The position numbers and the translations under genes were made by a program. Shown one piece after another: positions 42,378 through 51,800 of a stretch of 64,000 nt of DNA; the stretch's first letter is position 1, and each line of letters opens with the position of its first letter. The DNA is taken from positions 16,554,001-16,618,000 of the forward strand of contig OZ360234.1 in assembly GCA_977017645.1 (NCBI GenBank), given 5' to 3'. A model generated the notes under the pieces. The model made no database searches. It was not told the DNA's origin and worked only from the letters and a program-made list of their open reading frames with translations. This DNA is from Torpedo marmorata. Lineage: Eukaryota.

Positions 42378-44823
42378 AAAGTGTCTCTTCATCCACCGCG
42401 TGCATTGTTGCTCGCGCAATGTCCCCCTTTATAAGGTCAAAGGCCTTACGTGCCTCCGAGTCAAGGGGGAATACGGTGGATTTCACCAGGGGTCGGGCCT
42501 TATCTGCATAATTCGGTACCCACTGTGCATAGTAGGAAAAGAAACCGAGGCATCGCTTGAGTGCTTTGGGAGTGGGGGGTAGTGGAAGTTCCAGTAGGGG
42601 GCGCATGCGATCGGGGTCTGGCCCAATCACCCCGTTCTCTACCACGTACCCCAAAATAGCGAGGCGCGTGGTACCGAACACACATTTATCTTTATTATAT
42701 GTTAGGTTAAGTGCTTTAGCCGCCTGCAGGAACTTCCGGAGATTGGCGTCGTGATCCTGGCGATCCAGCCCACAGATGGTGATATCGTCCAGGTACGGGA
42801 AGGTGGCTTGAAGTTTATATACCTCCACCATGTTATTCATTTCCCGCTGGAACACAGAAACACCATTAGTAACCCCGAACGGAACCCGCAGGAAGTGGAA
42901 CAGTTTCCCGTCAGCCTCAAACGCAGTGTACTGGCGGTCCTCCCGACGGATAGGGAGCTGATGGTACGCGGACTTTAGGTCGATTGTGGAAAAGACCTTA
43001 TATTGGGCGATCTGATTAACCATATCCGCAATCCTCGGTAGCGGATATGCGTCCAACAGGGTGAACCGGTTAATCGTTTGACTGTAGTCCACCACCATCC
43101 TACTCTTGGCCCCTTTTACTACGACCACCTGGGCCCTCCAGGGACTATTGCTCTTTTCAATAATCCCCTCTTGCAGCAACCTCTGTACCTCCGTCTTGAT
43201 AAACGCCCTGTCCTCGGGGCTGTAACGCCTGCTCTTGGTCGCAACAGGCTTACAGTCCGGGGTCAGGTTGGCGAATAACGACGGAGGCGAGATCTTAAAA
43301 GTGGAGAGACCACAGGTAGTCTGGGGCTCCTTATTAAGGAACTGGTGGTTGACTACAGTGATCGCCGGGTGCGGACCATCGTACCGCATAGTGACACTGC
43401 GCAAGTGGCTCTGAAAATCAAGCCCCAACAATACAGGTGCACATAAACGATCCATAATAAAGAGGGAAAAATGTTTGTACTTTGTCCCCTGAACCACAAT
43501 ATCAGCAACACAAGCCCCCCGGATGTCTGTTGTGTGTGACCCAGACGCCATGGCCACTCTCTGGCTTACCGGTATGGTAGTGAGGCCACAGCGCTGGACA
43601 GTGTCCGGGTGGATGAAGCTCTCCGTACTGCCCGTATCGAAGAGGCATGTGGTCTTGTGGCCCTCCACCAGAATGTCCATCATCGATCTTGTTAGCTGGT
43701 GCGGGACACTCTGGTCGAGGGTGACTGAGGCAAGCGTCGCTAAATAGTATTCTTCGTCTTCCTCCACCACCGACAAAGATGGCCGCTCCCGTTGCTCGCA
43801 CGTGTCGCTGCTGGAAGATGGCGGCGGCATTATGGCCGGAAGTACCGACGCGGGCGGCGCCGGAAGTGCCAGCATTAAAGATGGCCGCCCCCGCGGCTCG
43901 CATGAGGTCGACCCCGGAAGTTCCCGGCTGAAAGATGGCTGCCCCCGCAGCTCGCACGCGGCCGACTCCGGAAACAACCTCAGGTAAGCGGATGGCTGCC
44001 CCCTCAGCTCGCACGCGGCGCTGCTCAGGCCCGGGCGCGACTTGGAGCGGCAGGCCTTCACGTAGTGGCCTTTTCTGCCGCATCCGGAACAAGTCGCGTC
44101 GCGGGCCGGGCAGCGCTTCCGCGGGTGCTTCTCCAGCCCGCAGAAGTAGCACTTCTCGGGCTCGCGGCTGGCTGCAGCGGCGGTGAGGATCGCGGTAGCA
44201 GTCGGGTCGGCGCGGATGGCGACAGCGGCGGTCATTTCGTTAGCAGGGCTGGGGGATGGGGCTGACCACGTTGTGGCCTGAGAGTCGCGGGGTTGCATGG
44301 CGTCGGAGTTCTTTTGTGCGTTCTCCAGCGTGCAGACCATCGCAACGGCCCCTTTAAAGTCCAGGTCGGCGTGCTCTAGCAGTCTCTGGCGCACATATAC
44401 CGACCTGAGTCCCATGATGAAGGCATCTCGCTCCACCACTCGCAGGTGTTCCTCCGCAGTCTGGGCTTTACAGTCGCACGCCCGTGCTAGTGACTGTATC
44501 ACCCTGACATATTCAACGGTCGATTCCCCTGCTCGCTGCGCTCGGGTGTAGAGTCTGTATCGTGCATAGACCGCGTTGACCGGCGACAGGTAGATTCCTC
44601 TCAGGGCCTCCATAGCCCTCGTGTACTCCGTACAGTCTCTTATGGTAACGTACACACGGGAGCTTACCCTGGAGATGAGGACCTTCAGTCGCTGCTCTTC
44701 GGTTACTGCTTCGATGGTTTCCATAAACGATTCAAGACATCGCAACCAGTGTTCAAAGACGTTACCGGCATCAGGAGCTAGGTGATCGAGGTCGAGGATA
44801 GCTGGCCGTAGTGCTCCTTCCAT
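42378..44823 (-). CDS. Gypsy Gag-protease-reverse transcriptase (starts MEGALRP; frame breaks near 42380)
   Basis: CCHC knuckles CYFCGLEKHPRKRC and CSGCGRKGHYVKAC, protease LFDTGS, RT motifs PFGV and YLDD. Confidence 0.9.
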
Positions 44824-44849
44824 CGGGAAAAAAACTTTGATAATAAAAT

Positions 44850-45109
44850 TGATAGGCCTTATCAATGATTACTCAAAGACTGTGAGAGCGAGTGAATCAT
44901 AGGCTTTTATTATCAAAGAATGGAGCTGTGCTTCTCACTCGATCAGATCCGGACTGAAGGGGGTGGGCCAAATACAGTGGCCTTTAACCAGGTGAGGAAG
45001 GGGAGGGATTACCTGGACACCCAAGGAAGGGGAGGGAGTAGGTATCAGTCCGGCCTGCAATACCAGAGCACACCACAACACACCAATACAAATACAGTGG
45101 TTTACCACA
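44850..45109 (-). repeat. 5' LTR of Gypsy copy 1
   Basis: Reads TGTGGTAAACC...CCTATCA on the minus strand and contains AATAAA. Confidence 0.95.
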
Positions 45110-45358
45110 ATCACATGCAGCCATAAATCAGCTGTAACTCGTGATCATGTTGACATCACCCACGCAGCATAAAACATGACATCAGCCAGTTTGCACACTG
45201 GTCATTTCTTCCAGTTTGCTGAAGGTTAAAAACTTATTATGAATCCCATTAAACACTTTTATTTAATCGTTCAGAAATGTATTTTAATGGTTATATTGGA
45301 GCATTGCTTATTCTAGCATTTCTGATTCCAGTTTGTTGCAAACACCTTACTGGAGGAG

Positions 45359-45700
45359 CACGTGATTGTGATTGCACGTGATTGCACGTGATTGTGATTG
45401 CACGTGATTGTGATTGCACGTGATTGTGATTGCACGTGATTGCTTCCATCGGGACACCTCAAGATGATTGGAAAATAGAAAAAGGTTCTTGTGTTTAATT
45501 GGTTCGCTAACCATGAATTGATTGGCTAAGAGTATACGCTAACAGTGCGTGAGACATCGGCAGTGTCTTATTGGTCAGAAAAGACGTCGCTCACAGAGGA
45601 GGTGGTACCTGATTGGCCACCCTGGCCCAGTCAGAGCCGCGCTGGAAGCTGATTTGCCCGAGGGTTGTCGGTGCGCTCACTGATCACGTGCGAGGCTTCG
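45359..45700 (+). promoter_or_regulatory. LAMP2 promoter: tandem E-box (CLEAR-like) array and reverse CCAAT boxes
   Basis: CACGTG at 45359, 45375, 45385, 45401, 45417, 45433 and 45685; ATTGG at 45467, 45498, 45521, 45570 and 45612; CpG-rich sequence just upstream of the ATG at 45758. Confidence 0.7.
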
Positions 45701-45757
45701 GACGAGGTGGGAGCGACGTGTGTTGTTGACGGTGCTCGGGCTCCTGTGTTCTCGGCC

Positions 45758-45806
45758 ATGCAGCGACGCGTCACGGGCCACATCGTGCTGCTGCTGCTCC
45801 TTGTCG
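45758..45806 (+). CDS. LAMP2: LAMP2 exon 1 (signal peptide [16 protein letters not shown])
   Basis: gccATG Kozak context in a CpG-rich island, hydrophobic run, G/gtgagg donor whose phase matches exon 2. Confidence 0.8.
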
Positions 45807-48800
45807 GTGAGGGAATGGTTGTTCGTCCGCTCGGCGTCCGTCGCTGTGTCCGGTGGCCCTGTGGAGGCGACAGCCCGGCAGAGCCCTCGCTCGGTTCCCG
45901 ACGTGTGGGCCCAGCAGTCACCCTCCAGTGTGGGCCCAGCAGTCACCCTCCAGTGTGGGCCCAGCAGTCACCCTCCAGTGTGGGCCCAGCAGTCACCCTC
46001 CAGTGTGGGCCCAGCAGTCACCCTCCAGTGTGCTTTCATTTACTCTCTGCTTGTAGTGGCTCCACGTCAGCCTGTGGCCGTCTTAAATTCTGATGTACAT
46101 TGCTTGAATAGGTGTTCGGCATGCACTAGAAGGGCCGAACGGGCGTGTTTCTGTACTGTAATTGTTATATGGTTATAAGAAGGGATCAGGCCTGAAACGT
46201 CGGTAATATATCAAGATTCAGGATTCGATTTATTGTCATGTAATAAAAACAGTACAATATTACGCAGAATTTGTTTTTGTCTGCCATAAGACAGACAGAA
46301 ATTGCCAGAAGTGCCTCTTACAGTCAGAAAGGGAAGCAAAAGAGAGTCCCCCCAGAGTCACTGAGTGTCCACGGATTCACCTCCAGGGCTCCCGCAGCCA
46401 CAAGACCATCGGCAACCCGAGTTCCAGATCCGAATCTCCAACGTGATCAGGAACCCTTCGGCACCCTCTCGTATCCCACTTCCAATATCTGGTACCCCTT
46501 TCAGCCGGTCTTGAGCTATTCTCCAACAGTCCGCAGCCTGGTGTGAATTCCTCGACCGCAGTCGCCCGCAGCCTGCGTGGGTTCCTCGGCTCGAGTCGCC
46601 AACAGCCCGCCCGCCTGTTTGTTCTTCAGCCTCAGAGCCTCTCACTGGTCCGCCGCCGTGGTCACTGTCCCGTGGGTCGTCTCCTCTGCTTCTCCTTCTC
46701 AAATGGGGGAGGTGGTCTCCCCGTTTTCTGGTGCCCTGCGCCAGTCCTCTGCTTCCCCGGAGTCTGCAACCCCTCGTGGCCGCTGCTGATCCTGAGCACA
46801 GACCCCTGCAGTTGCAATATTTTTAAATAAAACCACTGTCGGCTCCATTTACAGGCTGTTTAAAGCCTGTAAGGAGCTGACGGCAGTCGGACTGGGCGGT
46901 TGGGCCCCGCGGGAGCGCTGTGACAGCTTCCCGTGCTCCGCGGGTCCGCACTAGTGGCAGCGCTGCCGTTACAGCAGCTCCAGCAGCGCTGCCTTTTTCA
47001 GAACGCCATCATTGCCTCGTATGGGTGGTGTGAGACCGGCTGAGTTCCTCCAGCATTTCTGTGTGTTTTAGTCCTGATGTACAGTACAGATCTTGAGACC
47101 AGTAGTGGCTGGGCATTGATCCCGTTAATGGTTGGTATTACCAATACTTGCAGTTGTATATCTCAGTTTCAATGCTTCAGTGAATTGAGTGGTTATACTT
47201 TATTTTCCCAGTCTTTATGTAATTTCATGACTAATTCGTTGTACCTTGGAGAAAATATTGATACATACTGAGATAAGTAGCGAGCTCCAAATCTGGGCAA
47301 AATTGGGAAAACTGGACACATACAGAATTGTGAGTAAAACATGAAAGTCTGCAGACACCATGATTGAAGTAAAAACACAATGCTTTATCTTTGCTACATA
47401 AAGTACACTGTTTGACCTGCTGAGTTTCTTCAGCATTGTGTTTTTACATACAGAATTGTTTCTGCTTCGGAATTATGCACCCCTTTGTACGGCCTTTTCT
47501 TCTGCATTTGTTTTGTATGTGTGCAGTGACTTTTTAATCTCTCTATTGAAGGATAAATGAATTAAACTCTCAATTTCACCTCAGGCTGTCCTGATCTTTA
47601 AAATCCAACATGAACTGAAACACCACTATTTGACATGCATTTTCTAGTTTTGTTGGAAAAAGAGTGACTTAATAGTACAAGTTTGTCTGACCTCATTAGC
47701 AGTTTTCTGCAACATAGGGCAGAGTTATTGGCTGTTTGAAGTTTAAATTTTGCCAGTTGAGTTTTGTCATTAATTTTATCCATACCTTTCAAATGGTAAC
47801 TCAGTTGTGGGATTTGTACTATCTGCATCTAAACAGAAGGAAATGGTGGTAACGTTTTATGAAGGCAAGTATTTGATCAATGGTAGATTTTGGGAGACCT
47901 TGATTTCAATAGATTGATTTCTGATTAGCAAGGCCACTTTTATTTTTACAAAGCAGACATTAAGGCTGTGGTGGGTTTCTTTAGCTGGTAATGTGCAGGC
48001 AGTAATATTGTGCGGGCAGTAATGTGCAGGCAGTAATACTTGTTAGTGTTTGCTTCCTGCCAGAATTTTTGGTGATATCCGCTTTAATGGTTAAGATTTC
48101 TGTGACTCTGTGGGGGGAAAAAAAAATGTGCTTCACTTTTGAAAAGTAGTTTGTTCAATTCTGTTTTGATTCAGTCTTTTTTGGTTTAATGTGAGTATTA
48201 AATATGTTAATATTCATGGGTGCCTACTGCAGATGCAGTTTAATTTGTTTATTATTTAAATTTCTTTTCTGGCATAGCTACTTCATTTTTTCCACTTTTG
48301 TCTAGAATATTGCAGTGTGTATATTGGACTACAGTGTTTCATTGTTTTGGATTCAGCATTTCCTGGGTCATGTCACTTTTGGGCCTTTTGTGATTTTTTT
48401 TTTTTCCCCAGATTGCTTTGGTTTTAATCAGCTTTTAGTTTGCCATTGCACCATTGTCCAATCTTTAGTGTAGTGAGGTGCTTGGATATTGGAATAGTGA
48501 TACTTGAGCATTATCCTGGTATCTTTATTCTTTCACTTGACGTATAAAGTGTACTGTATTCTCGTATTGCTGCAAGTATCCCACCAATGGGATTCTTAAA
48601 CAAGATAAATGGAGTTAATTATTTAATATGGATACCTGTTGCATTTCAGGAATACATACTTGGTAAGATTTTTACTAATTTGGTCTGTAATTCTTACCAG
48701 GCTATCCTTTTTGTTCAGTTATGGGCATCTAAATCTCATCTCACAAATAGAATAAATAGTGTGTTAGTGCTTGATTTTTATTTTGCACTAATTATACTTG

Positions 48801-51800
48801 TTGGAACCACCAACATTCAATGGTCAACCTAGAGTCCCAGATTGGAGAGCAGAATGAACAGTGAAGAAGGTTGTGAGTTTGCAACATGATCTGGATGACT
48901 GAGGAAAGTGGGCCAAGGAATGGCAGATGGAATTTAACTTCAAGTGCAAGGTGTTGCATTTTGGTCCATGAAACCAGGGCAGGACATCTTCAGTGAATCT
49001 GTAGACTTCTCTTGGTGCTGGAGAGAGCGTTGTGGAACAGAGGTTTGGGGGTACAGGTAATGGTTCCACGAAGGTGGGGTACAGGTAATGGTTCCTCGAA
49101 GGTGAGTGAACAGGTAATGGTTCCACGAAGGTGGGGGTAATGGTTCCATGAAGGTGGGGGTACAGGTAATGGTTCCACGAAGGTGGGGGTAATGGTTCCA
49201 CGAAGTTGAGGGTACAGGTAATGGTTCCACGAAGGTGAGGGTATCAGGGCATTGAATACAGAAGCAGGGAATTTCATGAACAAAACATTAGTGAGATGTC
49301 ATTTGGAGTATTGTGGGCAATTCTGGTCACTCAGCTCCAGGAATGTTATCATTCACCTGAAAAATTCAGGAAAGATTCAGAGAATGTTCCTGGGATGGGA
49401 GGGCTTGAATACAAGGAGGCTGAAGGGGGACCTTTTTTATGGAGGTTTAAAACCAGAAGCAGCATAAATAAGGTAAATAGTCTTTCCCTTTCCCAGTGTA
49501 TGGGAGTCTAAGGGCGGCACAGTTGGCGTAGCGGTTCGCGCAACGCCTTTACAGCACCAGCGATCAGGACCGGGGTTCGAATTCCGCGCTGTCTGTCTGT
49601 TCTCCCCATGTCTGTGTGGGTTTCCTCTGGGTGCTCCAGTTTCCTCCCACCATTCGAAACATACCGGGGGTGTAGGTTAATTGGGTGTAAATTGGGCGGC
49701 ACGGACTCGTGGGCCGAAATGGCCTGTTACCGTGCTGTATGTCTAAATTTAAACCTCGAGGATGTTAAAGGTGAGGGAGGGAGGGGGGGGGAGGTGGTGG
49801 GAGATTTAAAGGGGAGCTTTCCACTCAGATGGTGGTGGGCACATGGATTGAAGTGGTAGAGGTGGGTACAGTTGTTAACATCTGCACCAGTTGATCTGTC
49901 AAAATGGAGGTCACAGTTTTGAATGTGAACTGCTTGATGTGGAATATGATGGCAAAATAGATTTGAATGTCACTTATCTTGATTAGTGTCTATACTGTAT
50001 ATCTGAGAACTTGCATTTTTTTTAAAGTCTGCAAATTATTTTGAGTTCATTTGAAGTGAAAGATGTGAAGTGACATTTGAGTTCTTGCTGCAGGCCAGGC
50101 AGTGTAGTGTGGACGAGAAGAACAACAGTACACGATAAAATACAAGATCATCCTCTCACTCTGCTTTGAAATATGAAGTCCCTGATGTATTTGCACAAGT
50201 TTGATTTTGTGTCAATGCCAATATGCCATGATTGTTACATTGGTTAAAAACGGATGTCTGCAAATAGCCCTTGAGTTTGTAACTTTGGAATGGAATCAAA
50301 AGGTGAATGAGGAATCATTAATTCTTTCACTTAGCAATCATTCTTAAAAATGTATTTAACTTGAATGGGTTAATCTTTAGATTTGCCATTGTCAATCCTC
50401 GAGTAAATTCATAAATTGAGCAATGGCGTGACACCTATTTTGCATGTAATTGCTTGACTAAACTTAAGTATCCAAACTTGACCATTGGTGATGTTTTTTG
50501 GATAGTTTTTTTTTCCCAAATGCAATCCTGCAAATGTTCTTGGCATCAAAAATACACAGGTACCTTGATGTGTTGATGGATTGTTCCATGGTAACCATGA
50601 ACATGAGTATTTTTTTATTTTCAGGTTTATCACTGGCTGAAGCAGTGGAGATTGAAGTCTATGACGAGAATAACAAAACTTGCATATATGCTACTTTGTC
50701 TGTCAACTTCACTGTCCTTTATGAAGGAAATGCAACAATGGTAGGTCATGTACTTTTCTTTTTGATTGCCACAGTAAGATTGGAGCATGAAGTTCAGTGT
50801 GTAATTTCAGCTGCTGTAGTTAATTTTTAATGCTTGCTTTGAGGATGAGCATTGGGAAGGGAGGTTTGGCTGGGAATTGGCTCCTATTTACAAGTCAGCA
50901 ATTTGCATGTTTAGCAGCAATAACATTCAGCTTTATTGTAATGGTATCGAGGTAAAATTCACTTGAGAATGTTGAATATGAAAATGTTTAATGAGGGAAA
51001 GTAATGCTTATTAACGTAGGGTGGGGTCAGCAATCACTGTTTGGTTAAGCTTGAATTCCTCCTCCTTCAAAATTAAATTTGCTTTATCATTTCAATTCTG
51101 CAAATTTAATCAGAGTTACTTTGAGTATTCCAGACCAAATGTGTTGTGTGTGTATTCCCAATTACATGTTGAAAGAAAGTGTAGTTTATTTGACCACAAC
51201 TGTATCTTGATAGTTAGATAATTGGTTGACATTCAACTTCAGGTATTTGTCTTCACATACTATTCTTAAAATGAAAGATTTGCTTGGTATCTTTGCCTTA
51301 TTCAGAACCACTGAGCACTTCATAATGGGTAGCAGTGAAAATTTAAAATTATAATTATCCATCTAGTCATTGCCAATCCCTCCACTTGTTGCAAGTTTAA
51401 ATGTATTAAATTCCAAACTTTTCTATGAATTTGCAGCTAATCTTTTTTAATCCTTGTGAAGGGGTTGAGTTTGTGCCTGCGTCTCCTTGAAGAGAATGCA
51501 GAATATTGGTTAATTGCGTGTCCCGCAGCACCATTGTGGTTATAACTAATTGTGCCATCAAAATGCCAGCCTAATTCTGATTTATCTGTTTATTCAGGAA
51601 AATGCAACCTTTCAACTGCCTAGTTCGTTGTCCTCAAATGGAAGTGTGTGCGGTAATAATAATTTGGCTCCCTTGTTAAAAATGGGCTTCGGACCTGGTC
51701 ATTCCATGAGCTTGAATTTTTCCCGTTCTGCTGGAATGTTTAGAGGAGATGTGTTATCTTTCACGTACAACACTAGCGATACAAAGCTGTTTCCTGGAGC

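Larger units (their letters stand above)
40541..45109 (-). mobile_element. Full-length Ty3/Gypsy LTR retrotransposon (Mag-like double zinc knuckle), recent insertion
   Basis: Two 260-bp TG...CA LTRs with one mismatch seen; 5-bp TSD ATCAC (40536-40540 and 45110-45114); polypurine tract AAAAAGGAGGGG next to the 3' LTR; domain order gag-PR-RT-RH-IN. Confidence 0.95.

Noticed and set aside
45903-46032. Regular 25-bp repeats as a possible CRISPR array (also 3170-3254)
   Set aside because: The units are directly adjacent with no unique spacers, and the context is a vertebrate intron.
49512-49590. Possible tRNA gene (also about 29531-29585)
   Set aside because: It is the tRNA-derived head of a V-SINE, followed by the V-core and a LINE-like tail.
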